From: Camelus ferus
Taxonomy: Eukaryota
Length of the DNA: 64,000 nucleotides
Reading direction: 5' to 3'
Assembly (NCBI RefSeq): GCF_009834535.1
Contig: NC_045697.1
Location: 8,000,001 to 8,064,000, forward strand
Position 1 is the first letter of the stretch. The number at the start of each line of letters is the position of its first letter. Shown here in pieces: positions 1 to 13,752 of the stretch. The notes under the pieces are model-generated. The model worked only from the letters and a program-made list of their open reading frames with translations. It searched no databases and was not told the origin of the DNA. The position numbers were made by a program, and so were the translations under genes.

Positions 1-664
1 AATTACACATTTACCAATTGCATATCCTTGGAATAAAAGACAGTCCGCTAACACATTTTGCTTTAGAAGAAATACTTACATTATCTTAACTTTTCATTAT
101 TTTAATAACCAAGGACAACTTTATCACAGCCCTGCACCAGAACTATAATGACAGTTGGGGATACATTTATAAGTACAGAGGACAGTCATGGAAACAGGGG
201 AAAGATAGGTAAAATAAGGCTAAATTTGACTAAAAAGAAGAAATATAAATTCTGTAAATAAGTAGTGCTTCTCTTTGGGAAGAATGCTGATTATAAAAAA
301 AGCACTGCCTTGTCCAAATGTAGTCTCCATTTCACTGGAAGTTTCCACCAAAGACTGTGTGAAGGAGGTGAGAGAAAAGCAACAGTTACAAACTGCCCCC
401 CCAAGTCAGACACAAGACTCAGTCTCGTGTGTTTGTAGCCTTCACTAATGCGAAGAGAAGCTGGTGAACTTGCCCAAGGTAATGCAGCATTTATGCAGAA
501 GACAAGACCATTGAAAACCCGGGCTGTCTGCCTTTGCTGTTGCTTTGCCTCCCTTTGTTGCAGTCGAAATACAGCTGGGCAGTCGAACTGGAGCTTCACG
601 AAGGTACTCAATAACAATGATTGGCTAATTAATTAATTAGTCTTTGATAAATTAAAGCTACATA

Positions 665-800
665 CGGACATATCTCTTCTCAATTAATCTGTGTTCTCCT
701 GGATAGCATATTCCTCATCTTATCAATTTATCTATACTTATGGTTCAGTGCAGTCCCCTGAACACAGTAGATGTCCTTGTGTGCAAATGGAATTGAATCA
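665..800 (+). mobile_element. L2 LINE 3' end fragment (highly diverged)
   Basis: ctgtgttctcctggatagc...cagtcccctgaacacagtagatgtcc...gaattgaat resembles the L2 3' terminus and tail. Confidence 0.45.
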
Positions 801-2749
801 TTCTTTTATCTAAAGAATGTCGCCTAATCAGCTAATTCAGTTTAGGTTAAATTTCCCATGTAGACCCAAAAGGGTTTTGTTGTTGGTTTAATACGATGCT
901 GAGAAGTTTGTCGGGTTCTCTAGGGCTAATAATTCTAATTGTATCTAAATTTTACTAAGTTTCTCTGAGGTTAAAATCAAATCTCACTCCAAAGGAGGAA
1001 TTAAAGAAGCTAACAAAAGGAGTTGCATCCAAATTTCCTGAGTTATCATATTCCTCCAAGCATCTAAGATGAGGAGACCTAAAATTTTATACAAATGGAA
1101 CTACTTGGAATAACCTTTGGGAAAGTACCCAAAAGGAGCCTTTCACATTTCACCATATGATAGTGTCTTTTCACAAGGTCACATAAGACATATGGGATTT
1201 TGAACTTCGGTCTTTAGGAATGAATGGCTCAATTGCTGAGACTTTCCTAAATGTATATTGAAGTAGAAAATTTGTGATCTACAAATCTCTTGTTTAATGT
1301 CCATTTGTTTTGCAATCTTGCTTATTTCTGTGCATATATTATGTAATGATACATTCTTTGATATCCCAAGTAAGGTAAAATAAACGTATGCATCCATCAA
1401 AGACCCAAAGTTTCTGTACCAGTAAAATCTTTACAAGGGTAAGGACATTGCCTTCCCTTACTGAAATGGTGGAGTAGTATGCCAAGAGTCTGTCCTCAGA
1501 CCTGGTGTGGGTTGTAAGGAAGACTTTTGTTTATTCTGTCTCCCAGACACTGCCAGTCAATGGCCTTAGGGGGCTCAAGAACCTATTAAGGATTTCCACC
1601 TTCAGATGCCTGCTCAATTGAATCAAAATCTAGGAAAAGAACATAGAAGCATTGTTTCTTGGCATGCCACTTAGATTCCAAATAGTATCGTGTAACAAAT
1701 GGTACTAAGATTTTCAGTACACTTGAGGATCTAAGTCACACTTATGGATGAGGCGATGGTCAAGTCTTAATGCTCAGAGAATGTTTGAAGTGTTGGGCAG
1801 CTGTTTGAATGTCAAAGCAGTAAGTAATCCAGAATACTAAATATTTCAAAGAAGAAACACTGAAACAAGTCAGTAGCATCAAAATGATCTTGAACCCCCT
1901 GGTTGAAACTGTCTACTGTCTGTTCTCTTTTCTAGTTCCTATCCTAAATGGATGTTTTCCAGTGCCTTGGTTCTCTTAAGTGCATGGGCATGGGAGACTA
2001 GAGGTAGAGGGATAAATGTGCAAGTTATTTATAAGTGACTTAGTAGAAAGAATTGTGCAAGGAATCAAAATATATTCTCTTGGTTTAGATTTTGGAAGTT
2101 TTTAACCTTTTGTCCATTTAATTATGGGCTATTATAAATTAGATATATAAAGAGATCAACTGATTTACTGGTGTTGGTAGAATAATTTGGTGCATGTAAA
2201 ATGCATATAGAAATCTTTTCAAATAAAAGGGAACTCTAGAGAATGTAAGTATAAAATCATGTCTTTGAGTATTTTCTAATCTAACATGTAAAGAACAACA
2301 CAAAATGGTAACTTACAGACACATTATATTTCAATTGATAAACTTTATAAATAAGTTTATATCTGATATTTGTCAGTAAAACTCTGTTGAACATTTCTTA
2401 GGTGAAGTAAAGGAAATCCTTATAATTAGAGAATTGTAAGAAAATTATTCAATTTTAAAGAGATGTGGAAATAGCCACATAATATTCATAAAACAAAATT
2501 CAAAATATTATTGTTTCAAAAATGGACTCACAAAACATACAACCACAGAACATTAGAGACTGTTAGATTTTAGCTCCAAATTTGAGCTTTTACCTCTCTG
2601 TTTTGTTAAATGAGCCATAGATGATCTGAGTGAGTTTTACATCTGGTATGTAAAACTTATTCATAATTTGCAGCCAGTAGATTTCGTGGCCAATGATAAA
2701 AGGATGTATAGACATAGAGACAGGATAAAGAGAGCTATCCTAGCCAGGC

Positions 2750-3215
2750 TGCAACAGGTTGCTTACAAAACAGCTACAATGATTCCCCTTGCTGGATGCA
2801 TGTCCCATCACAAAGGGCCATCTACTTCCACTCCGCTAAAACCCAAGCTAGCTTTGCGACTTGCTTTGGCAAGAAAATGCAGTGAAAGGGACAGTGTGGC
2901 TCGAGGGAACCTGGGTGCATCTACTGTCTCTCTGCTTTCTCTTAGACCCTTGTCACCAACATGTGAAGAAGTCCAGGCTGAAGCGCCAGAGGATGCAGTG
3001 TCATATGGAGCAGAGATGGTGGTTCTACTGAGATGCCCCAGCAAAACTGGTAGCTGATCACAGCTGCATGAGTGAGTCTAACAGACTAGAAAAATTACCC
3101 AGCCAGGCCCAGGCCCAGTCCAAATTACTAATCTGCAGAGCTGTGAATCAATGGTTGTTTTGTGAAGCCATCACTTTTAGAGGGGTTTGTTATGCAGCGG
3201 ATGCTAACAGATACT
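2750..3215 (+). mobile_element. MaLR solo LTR, MLT1F/G group
   Basis: Typical MLT1 3' end aatggttgttttgtgaagccatcacttttagaggggtttgttatgcagcggatgctaacagatac; internal cagctgcatgagtgag and gacttgctttggc motifs. Confidence 0.8.
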
Positions 3216-4539
3216 CAATTTTTTTTAGCACTGATAAAAAAAACGTTACTGTTGGCTATAGATTGTTGATCACCCTGCTAACACAGAAGTCTCTGCCCAG
3301 CTAAATGCCTATAAAGAGGAGCATTGCCCTTATAAGGTATCAGTGGGAACTCAGGTTGAATCCTACCTTAGTGCCACTCAAAATACAAAATATTCTTCTT
3401 TCTGGTCACAAGTAAAGGATGATCTGTTTCAACCAGATCAGCTCAGTGGTGGGATTAAGGAACAGAGCCAGTGATAAGGAAACATCTCTTTGTACCTGAG
3501 GGAAAAATCACTGATGACTTATAACCATGAGATTTCTTTGAAATTAATCACCAGTCAGCCACGGCCCATTGGCCAATACCAATATGGAAGTTCAGATGAG
3601 AAGTGTTCTAGTTACTCAAACCAAGTGACCATTTAGAAAGCTTGAAGTGTATTGCCAGGAGGAAAAGGGCCATAGCAAATGGCTTTTGACATTTGCTTGG
3701 AGAAGTCCTTTCAACCAGCAGCATAGAGGAGACATAAAGTACACTGAGAACAGCCTGTGACAAGAGAGTCTAGCAAAGCATTTCCAGTTGGGCCATATGT
3801 GGACCCTGTGGAAGGGAGGTAGACAGAGTGGTCTTGAAGAATCCATCCAAGAAATCAGCCTGCAGGGGTAAGGTGACGCAACAAATGGGAAGAATGATGG
3901 GAAGCGAGGGTGTGAGAGGTAAGAGGTAAGAGGCTGAAATGAGTGATTACCTAGACCAAGACAACTGGAATTGAGAGAAATCACATAGGCACTCCAAAAA
4001 ACCACGCCCTCACAAATAAAACACAGCGTAAAAGAAGGGAATTAGCCACTTACAAAGAACACTTGGGCCAAATTAAAACTTTAAAAGGCAAGAGAGATTT
4101 TTTTTCTCTACCTTAACTCTCCTACCTTTATTTATTCACTCAAGTAAAGTGTTTTGGAAAGACATTGGCAAGGAAAGAATAAAGTGACACTAGTTCAGCT
4201 CATGCAATAAATGAATTTTACGTGTACATAAGGAGAATTTAGTTCTAATTCCCTTCAGAAGAACCAAACTTAATAATAATAATGAAATTACCTTCAGGGA
4301 AGAAATTATTTTATTTAACAAAAAAAATTTGATGACCAATTATAAATCCAAATGTTAGAAATGAAAAAAAAATGACAAGTTTCTTCCCATACTTTGTAGT
4401 TAGTTGCTATATTATTTTTCCCATGCGTGTGAAGGTATTTCGTGGCAAACTAACACTCTGCTTTTTTTCCCATTGCAACATTTGTACACCAGGAGTGCAC
4501 TGCATTCGGACCTCCCTTCTTCCTGGCAATTTTTACACT

Positions 4540-4985
4540 TTTTGTTTCTATCCATGTATTGGATTAGCTACTATTCATTGTCCATCTACTGGGCAAAATC
4601 ACGTGATTGGTGCTAGAGATAAAAGGCAAAAGCCACAGCGCCAACTCACACTAAAAGTTCGTAACATGTTACAAAACGTAAGCGACAGACAGACGTGTTC
4701 AGATAATTGAGTACCCGGGATATGGAAGCACAACGGAGGGGACTTTCCTTCACTAAATATTTAAAGATGGACGGAAATGTTTTAGGCAGAGAACCAGGCA
4801 CAGGGAGTCTTCTTAACAGAAAGAGTGTTAGATGTGAAGACATAAGGACATGAAACCACATGGTGCCTTTGGGGACTACGAGGTGTCTCAACCGGCTGCA
4901 GAGAACAGTTGGGTCTAAAATATAAATAATGAGAATAAAGAGCTAAGAGCCAAACCTTATTCTGAAGGCAGTGAGGAACCCAGCA
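4540..4985 (-). mobile_element. L2 LINE fragment
   Basis: Purine-rich antisense L2 pattern, ending ccttattctgaaggcagtgaggaacc. Confidence 0.5.
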
Positions 4986-6269
4986 GCGGCAAGACTGACC
5001 TTCATGTTCGCAGCTTCCCAAGAAAATGTTCAGTTGAATCTCAAAGGCCTTTCCTACCCATCAGCCTCGCAGCCTTATGCTCCATGCCCTGAAGGGTACG
5101 TGGTTTGTGTAAGTCTCCCTTCTTCCCTAAGGTATGGGCTGTCGGGTTATCACCACTGTCCATTCCTTGGAAATACGACCAGTAATTTTACAGAAGAAAA
5201 TTAAAGAAAGTAGCTATGAATTTGACAGTCATCTGCCCTTTTCCCATTCCCCTCTGTATTTTTATAACACTCTGGGAACACTTTTGTTTTTTTTTAAGAG
5301 AGCAGAAAATATTTAGTAGAGAAGAAGAGAAAAGAGACTAATTGAAGAGGAGATGAAAGAGACAGCAAAAAATACCAACCTAAGATTAAGATAAAAAGGA
5401 GCTAGGACCGCGACAGGGAAGAAAAATAAGCTAGAAATGGGTGAGAGATGGTAACTGAGATTTGGCGAATAATTAGTACAACATTTGGGGCCAAATGGCT
5501 GGCAGAAAGAAAAGAATAAAGCAAGCAAGCGAAAGAAAGATTAATAAAGCAGTATAAATATAATAGTGATAAAGAACATTTTATTACCACACATTATTAA
5601 TTTATATGCATTATTTAATACTTGGCCAACGGCACATGTAGCACTTAGATGCTGACGCTGTGGCATAGTATAGCCATAATATAAATGGGAAATTGGAGAA
5701 TTTATATTTTTCTTTGTATCTGCAAAGGGCAAATGAACACTGAGGTGAATAGTGTTTGTGGAGGTGCACAAGTGGTCTGCGCTGATATGGAAAACCCCCG
5801 TTTCCTTAATGCCTCCTTTACAGTTACATGCCTAGGCTTCTCAGTAAATGTTCATTGTTGGGGCTGAAGCAATGAATAGGGAGCCACACGAAGTAAATCA
5901 ATGGGAAATATGTAAATAGAACTCTTAACTCATGACTTGCATTTGTAATCCTCACTATACGAAGCTGTTTTCACAGGCATAAAAAGCAGTAAAATCACTT
6001 GACGGAGACTTGGTCCTGCTTCCTCATGATGCAGTACTTGAATCCAGGGTAGGATTTCTCAACCATGGCGTAATTCAAGTAGAACTGTGTGGCCGGAGCT
6101 GCCTGAGTCTGCAGGACCTTGTGCCTGTTCTGAAATTCGGCGTGGCGCCCTGAGTGAGATACAGATTGAAGCTCACTCATAGTGTCTCATCAAACTTGCA
6201 TTTCAAGTTTCATTTCGAAAAGCATTTGTTCAACTTAAAGCACTGGCCCGGGCACTATTTCACCTCATA

Positions 6270-6408
6270 CCATTTACTTAATATTCCCAACCTCTGGTTT
6301 CCTTCTTTGCAAAAATTGAGATGAGACTTTTTGAATAATCTAATATATACAAAATGAGCTACGACAGAGCTTGAATCATAGTAGGTTCTTAATAAAGGCT
6401 ACATTATC
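6270..6408 (+). mobile_element. MIR SINE fragment
   Basis: Degenerate core cctctggtttccttctttgcaaaaattgag and tail catagtaggttcttaataaagg. Confidence 0.55.
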
Positions 6409-6499
6409 TCCTGCTTTCTCCTTTCTTGGCAAACACAAAGGTAAATAAAACATAATACTTTCTTCCTGTAAAGAAGGGATGGGAGTTGTAGAAAGAAAG

Positions 6500-6650
6500 T
6501 GTTACCGAGTGCTTTCATATCATACCATGTATACAAGGTCTCTTCCAGTCTTCATGCACTTCTATAAAGTAAATATTATTATCCTCTTTTAATGGACAAG
6601 AAAAATGAGACTGGGAGAGATAAAAGAAGTTACCTAATACCCATGTGAAA
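6500..6650 (-). mobile_element. MIR SINE fragment
   Basis: Antisense core attattatcctcttttaatggacaagaaaaatgagactgggagagataaa. Confidence 0.55.
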
Positions 6651-8139
6651 GTACTAATTTACCTACTACTCATGTTTACTTATAAGCTACGCATTTACAC
6701 ATAGACAGATGACCTCAGAGACCATGCTTTTTCACCCATATCACATCTTTACTCTCTAACATCTATTCTGGTAAAATCAAATGGTCAATGTTACTTGTAA
6801 AGGATAAATGCACTGTAAAATATGAGATGCTATTTTTATTTCAAAGTCAGGAAGAGAAAAACAGACCTTACACTTGGGAAAAAAAGTTGGTGTTCCAAAT
6901 ATACATATCTCAGAATTTTAGAGGAAATATTTGCTGTTCTGTTAACCTAAGGGAGTAGCCAAACAATTCCAAAAACATGAAATGGAGCAGGTATCAAATA
7001 TTTGGAAAGCCTCCAAATTTTGCAAAGAGATTGGCAAGCATATTTAAATACAGACTCTCTTTCCAATGTTGCTAACTGAAGAATGTGGACCAGATTTCAA
7101 TGGATGAAAATATTCACAAAGCTGGTATTCTTTATTTTAAATATGTAGAATAATTTCTGACTCCATAATACTTTCATGAGTATCCAAACCAGCCATTCCT
7201 TCTAATAGACAAAGCAATGACTTACCTCCTATGAGTGAGAGAAACATGCTTTCATGGTCAGACAAGATAGGTTATCCTATCAGGTAATGATAAGAAAAGG
7301 AAATCTGCCTTCATCAGAGTTACTGTAACACAACATTTTTCTGTAAATTTCTAACCAGAACAACCAAAAAAAAAAAAAAAAAGCTAATCAGTGAGCCTTT
7401 CTTCATTGAAATATTTGAGGAAGCTCATATATCATAAGCCAAATGTTTGGTCTTTTCTTCTATTGTCTTCCTAGGGAAAAAGGGAAAGTTAGATGAATCA
7501 GAGCGGTTGCTTATAATTGTGCTACTTCAAATTGCCATATCTGAGTCTTTGACATTTTATCAGTGCCAAGCATTAGAGAAAAATGGTCCTTAATAGGATG
7601 GGATTTAAAATAAGAAGCCACAACCTTGTCATTATTACCAGCACAACGGAAAGGCTCACTAGGATCAGCCATCCAAGCTATGGAAGGGCTTGATGTTAAT
7701 TACATCAACTTAGACAATACGTTAGTCTTTGTGGTTCTGGTTATCTCTGCACACAGTTGGCTCTATTTTTTTGTTGTTGTGTAATGTCCCATTAATCACA
7801 GTTACATTTGTTCCCTGCCATGTGATTCATCATCCTTTTGCCCTGAAAAGACTTCCATTCTCCAGGACTCAATATAAACCACTAATTTAAAGTGGCAGTG
7901 GCTAACCTTGCCCATCACAATGGCAGAGTTTGAATGAAGAGGCACAATGGCTGACTCGAGGAGTTTCAGTCAATTCAAATTATCTCCAGTGACTGGGTTC
8001 AGGCACTGGGACAGAGATCAGGTGTGACAATTACAGGATGAACTCTTGAAATGGAGCTGAAGGTGCATTTGCCTTTGGAACTTATCCAAGCACCATTTAT
8101 TTCAAATTTAAAAAAAAAAATGACAAAGTGAAGTATGTG

Positions 8140-8290
8140 GAGAGGAAGCAAAGTGTAGTTGGAAAAACACTGGCTAAGTGTGACGAGAAATGTGTTCTAA
8201 CTTGTAATTTAAAAGAAAGTAAGTGTGTGACAAACAAGTTATTTCACCCCTCTGGATCTCATTTTCTTAATTAAAAAAAATAGTAAAGAT
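8140..8290 (+). mobile_element. MIR SINE fragment
   Basis: tgtgtgacaaacaagttatttcacccctctggatctcattttctt resembles the MIR core. Confidence 0.5.
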
Positions 8291-9344
8291 CTTAGAGAAG
8301 TGACTTCTTTTCTTTTTCTTTTCCTGAAGTACGATTCCCTGAATTAGAGAATTGGCATGGGGAGGCCAACATTTGATAAAATATCAGCAAGAGTATCATT
8401 GAAAGCATTTCGAAATGTTTCTAAAGATTAAAAATGATTATTTGGGGGATAAGTTGATTCCTTCTGTGAACTGTAGTTCTTTCCCCTTATCAAGTCTGGG
8501 ACTTCACCTTCCAGCAGGCTGAGTCCTGCAGGAAGAGGTGATGGCTCTATGCAAACCTGTGTTGTTGTCTTTTCATTGCCTGCGAATCTTAACTTTGCCA
8601 AACAACTGCAAATCCCTCGTAACTTTCTGGTTAATTATGTTATGTGATGTAGCAGCCTAAGGAAGAAACAGCTTTGCATGCTTCCCTCCAAGGTATTTCT
8701 TAAGTTTGGATAAAAGGGTCCATTATGTAACCCAAATAGCTAACATCAAAAGGAAATTTCCAGAGACTTGGGCTATTGATGGAAATTTTGGAATTGTAGA
8801 CCAATTATTACTTTACCAAATTCATATTGTATATATGGATAATCATTTTTATTACATCAGTTCTTACTTTTGAGATGAGGCATCCCAGAAATATTCCCCC
8901 TCTGAATCTGTTCCCTGTAGTGGCCGAATTCATTTGTTTATTATGTACAGGCCACCTTGTATTGTCACTATGTTTCTTTTCACCTGTTAGTGAACCTCTT
9001 AAAGACACGGTCTGGACAGCACATATTTGAGAAGTCGGTTCTCCATAATCCCTGGAGAGAGCTCTCAAAAAATGCCCTGGTAAATATAATGCATTGACCA
9101 GTGAGGAAATCACTTGACATGTCTCTCTCATAGCCAACATGCCAGGTACCGCAAGTTTTCAAATTAAGAACCAATTAAGATGAACGAGAACATGGGAAAC
9201 ATTTAGACCAAACAACTATGAGCTGCACCACCTTTAAGAACCTATCTGGTGTACAGCTGTACACTGGAAATTGACACATTGTTACTGACTATACTTAAAA
9301 AAAAAAAGAAGAAAAGAAGAAGCACTCTGGACTTTCATAAAGAA

Positions 9345-9559
9345 CAGTGCTTCTCACCTACAGGCAATATTGTGCCTCACAAGATACTTGGCAATGTCTG
9401 GAGACATTTTTTTAGTTATCCAAGCTGGGGCAATGCTCCTGGCATCTATCGCATTAAGGCCAAGGATTCTGTTAAACACCCGCAATGTACATAACAGCCT
9501 GCCAGGACAATGAATTATCTGGCTGGAAGTATCCAATTGTTCCAAGATTGAAAAACCTG
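9345..9559 (+). mobile_element. MER20 hAT-Charlie DNA transposon MITE, full length
   Basis: Termini cagtgcttctca...ttgaaaaacctg; diagnostic ttggcaatgtctggagacattttt and ctggcatcta..aggccaaggattctgttaaaca. Confidence 0.9.
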
Positions 9560-9574
9560 GATATAGTCAGGTAA

Positions 9575-9845
9575 TAATTAATTAGAAAGTGTAATAGGAA
9601 AAAAAGATTGCATGAACATTAAGAATAACAACAAAAACTATAAACATAGAGAGAAATATAAGAAATGTACAGACTCATTTGTGGGAAAAAACAATACAGC
9701 TTTCCTACAGGACATATTTAGAAAAGAAAAACAGGAAAATACATATAGCTCATTCTAAGATAGAAAAACTTAATAATGAAAAAATGCCTATTCTCCATAA
9801 AGTAATCTGTGCAGCCAATGAGTTCCCAATCAAATTGTTTTCTGA
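9575..9845 (+). mobile_element. Old L1 ORF2 remnant
   Basis: ORF 9679-9897 contains KMPILHKVICAANEFPIK, resembling L1 ORF2 KMSILPKLIYRFNAIPIK. Confidence 0.7.
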
Positions 9846-10059
9846 AATACTGGAACAGCCTGGGGCAGAAGTCTGTGTGATAGCAAGACTACTATAGTAG
9901 ACCAAAAATTTGTGGTACCTTATAAAACATTGTAAACATTTAAATAAATCTCCCTCTTTATGAGAAAGGCTAGCACTGGAGGATTCCAACTGGTGTGATA
10001 TTTTAAGTCTCAGTCATACAGAAATGTGGAAAACTGTGTGTGTGTGTATGCTATGAGAG

Positions 10060-10625
10060 GGGTGATCAAGGCTGAAGTAAAGAAAATCTAGGACACCACT
10101 GCAGTGGAATAGGTGAGTGAAGGTGATATTTGTTACAGAAATTGGTTGGTGAAGAGAAGTCTGAAGTTAAAGCTAAGAGCATCTGCTTTATGATGGATTG
10201 TCTGTAAATGTGGGGAGAGGAATTATCCAAGAATGGTTTAAGTTTTTGATCCACACACCTTCTAAAGTTTAGATTTATTATTTACTGGGATGGGAATAAC
10301 TGAGACAGAAGCAGATTTGCGTATAGATAGAAAAGAAGAGTCAGGGTTGGAAAATGCTAAGTTTGAGATTTATATTAGGCACTGGACAGATCTCATAGAC
10401 AGGTGGATAACTGAGTGTGGAATCCACTGGGAGAGACAGGACTTGAGATAAACACTTTGGAGTCATCAGGTTAAGGCACATAAATTAATTCAATTAATGA
10501 GATAACCTAGAGTAAATCTGACAATGAAAAATAAATCTAAGGACTAAATATTAAAGCATTCTAGTGTTTAAAGACCTGAGAAAAGAGTAAAAGATACTGA
10601 ACATGAGTGGCCAGTGAGAAAAGAG
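10060..10625 (-). mobile_element. L2 LINE internal fragment
   Basis: atgctaagtttgagatt, gagataaacactttggagtcatcag and gagtggccagtgag match antisense L2 landmarks in the expected order. Confidence 0.75.
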
Positions 10626-10899
10626 GACAAATTTTACAGATATAAAAATTAAAGTGTAAATAGGATATTTCATAACTTTCAATGTAATTGATAAAACTGT
10701 TTTGCTACTAATTAGACTACTTCCCAAGAGTAATAAAATGTTTAAATAAACTTCAAAAGATAAATACCACTTTAAAGAATTTACCGTTAAAAAATCCAAG
10801 ATTAAAAAAAATCCAAGATATAAGCAAAATATCCTAAAATTATGAATATTTCTGTTTTCATATATTAGCAATATTTTTTAAAAGGAAACCACCTGTTTA

Positions 10900-11220
10900 A
10901 AAAAAGGAAATGATTGAACACATTTTATCAAACTAATAACTGTAAAATAATATTTTAAAGGATATTAGGTGATTTAGACAAATTCAGATAATATGGTAGG
11001 GAAGAGTAAAATAATGTATATAATATGATATAAATTTTGTTAAAATAAATTTAAAATGTGTATTATAAATATGAGTAAAAATTAAAAAATAAAAATTGGT
11101 TATAAAGAGAAAAAATTGAGATGATATAAGAAAAAAATGACAGTGAAATTACAAGTATTTAAAATTTTTCATATTTATATTTCCAGTATTTTTACAAATT
11201 TGGATAATTTGAATAAAATG
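10900..11220 (+). mobile_element. Probable L1ME-type 3' UTR remnant (very AT-rich)
   Basis: aatgtatataatatgatataaattttgttaaaa...atttttcatatttatatttccagtattttt pattern; weak similarity. Confidence 0.35.
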
Positions 11221-11699
11221 TTATAAGTGCTTTAATGTAACTTACCGTTATGAGAATGTAATAATATCTAATCATGAGCACACGATGTATTACTTATTGT
11301 TTTATTTTAAGTCTACAAAAATATTTCTGTCATCAGCCTTACATAACTCAAACCGTGTTCCACTTAATGGCCCATCTTTGAGTAATCTTATATTTCTAGT
11401 GTAGCACTCTGCCTACTGCCAAGGCAGTTATAAAAGTTTCATGTGTCTTCCACGTTTTATGAAGAAACATTTTCCTAAGGGAGTTATTGCTCACACTTTG
11501 AGAAATACCTTTCAATGATAAACTCACACTTAGGGAATAAATATAAACTGAAAGACTAGAAATTGGTGTGTATGCTGGCCACCGATACTTAACCACATTA
11601 ACTACTCTGATCCTTCCACTTTGTACGGCTCTAAAAATCATTTCAGTGAGCAACAGAGGTCCTTTTCCCATCCTTCCTTCCAAAAATAACGATTATATT

Positions 11700-12080
11700 A
11701 CTGATATGTGACAAGCACCATTAGTTGTTAATAAAACAAAATAGAATTTACGTCCCGCCTTTGAAAGAGAGACAAGTGCACAGACAATGCAGATACTGTA
11801 CGGTAAGTGGAAAACACAGGTACCAACAAGATGCTTGCTATCAGAGCACAGACACCTAAGCAGATTTGGGTGTGGAGGTGGTGGGGGGTCAGGAACTCTT
11901 CTCTGAGAATGTGCTACCTTAGCAAAAGCGGGAACAAACAGCTGGAATTAGATGAAGAAAGATTATAAAGAGAAGAAGAGACTGCGCAGAGATAAGACTG
12001 GTAAGGAGGCTCGGGCGAGAGATGCCATGCCTGTGCGGAGTTCGGGAGAGGAAAAGCAGGGTGCGCATCAGGACGGCACA
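11700..12080 (-). mobile_element. L2 LINE 3' region fragment
   Basis: gagagacaagtgcacagacaatgcagatactg...ggggtcaggaactcttctctgagaatgtg resembles antisense L2. Confidence 0.45.
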
Positions 12081-12794
12081 CCAGGTGCCAGGGGTGGGAA
12101 GACATGCACCCCAACTCAGGCGATAAAAGCACACGTTCTGACGAATGTTAGCATAAAGGAACGCTGCAGTTATTCCTGAGTTCTAGTAGCATATAGGTGA
12201 GATTCAAATTGGTACACATTTGATATTTATTCTTTAATAAACATTATATTTCTTATAGAAAGTTAATTTGTACATCTCCACTTAATTCCGTCAGCCCCTG
12301 ACACACACAGATGGAGGCGTTAAACGTGTTCTATTTGAGAATGAGGACATGAGTGAGTTCCCAAGGATGCAGACTAGTTCCAGCTCACCGGGGGGACTTC
12401 AGGTCTCCAGCCCTTTGGCATGTCCCATTTCTGCACTAAAAGGGTGTGTTCAAAATAAACAATGACAGCGCACTGATCATAAAATGGAAGAAACACCACT
12501 TGAGTTTCTTCAGTCCTCTAATTCTATATGAACATTTGGGATATTTATTTGTGTTTTAAACAGTAAAACACCATGTGAAGTGTCATCTTTTTATTTGGTA
12601 AATGCAAGTTTTGCTTCATACAGAAAATTAGTTTGCTGAATGTAAACAGTATCTTTATCATTGAAATATGTTCTTTTAAAATTGGGCATGATTTGTTTTC
12701 AAAGTAACAAAAAAGAAAAGAATGATTGTTACAATTATTTATTACTGAAAATAATTTAGTTGCGTAGAGGAAATGTGATGTTAAAAATCATCTG

Positions 12795-13752
12795 AGAAGG
12801 ATGTCAGTGAAAATGGCAAGACTAAGGACTTGCAAAATTTATTTTTCCATAAAGGCAACGAATAACTGGCATAAATTTTCAGAGTCAAATTTTTCAGGAT
12901 TCTGGAAATTAACCAAAAGCTTGCAAAAATTCAAGATTTTTTAATTTAAAGAAAAATGGTGTATTCTTGGTAAAAACTGTGAAATTTGTGGTGTCCTAAC
13001 TTTCCCTACTCCATTCTCCTGCTCTTCAGTTCTGTGATGACCTTATAAATCAACATCTTGCCATCACAGTAAAAACCAGCAACCTGACAGCGTCCAGAGG
13101 TGGTAAAATGAGGATAGATGTCCTTCAAAACCTCGTTCTCAGAGTACTGACATTATTTGACCTGTCTAGTATTTCCCTGGAAGTCCCAAGTGAAACATTG
13201 TCCTTACATGACTTTACTCAGAGGTTGTTCAGTATGAAAAATCTTTTCTTTGGGCTGTCAAAAACAATTATAGGAAAATTTTTAGTTTTGCAGCTTCCTG
13301 AGACAGTGAATAACAGTTGGGTCAATAAACTAATCAAAACGCTTAATTAAACAGCTGGAGAATGAGCTGTGCATGGTGCCTTGAAAAGCTTCATTGTATT
13401 CCTGGTAATGCCTTTTACATGTGTAGGGCTGAGTATATGCCCAGGTATTTGCACATACTCTTCTGAAAAGGTTCGAACTCCCATCTTGCCTAAGTTTGAA
13501 GCTCTGCAGAAGTAAGAAGTGAATTAGAAGGTACAGGTGTCGATTGTCTATCTGAGTGTTTAAAGTATACACAGCGTGCATACAGAGCCCTTCGGCAAAG
13601 ACTGGGAGACTTATTGGTTACAGGGATTCAAGAAAATCTGTGTACAAACATTAGCTAACTCTTAGTTAACAGAACAGCAATTTCAGTGGTCACACACAAC
13701 AAATCTTGGGAGAAGAGAGGTTGATTTACAGAATTGTCGCTTTATATTATTT
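12795..13752 (+). mobile_element. Ancient L1 5' region (L1MD-type 5' end)
   Basis: gatgtcagtgaaaatggcaagactaaggac...ttttcaggattctggaaattaaccaaaagcttgc resembles the L1MDa 5' end; continues after the nested insertion at 14729. Confidence 0.75.

Noticed and set aside
2668..3057. 129-aa ORF
   Set aside because: Mostly within the MLT1 LTR; no protein similarity recognised.
5995..6180. GC-richer 61-aa ATG ORF as a possible exon
   Set aside because: No recognisable homology and no convincing splice sites on either strand.
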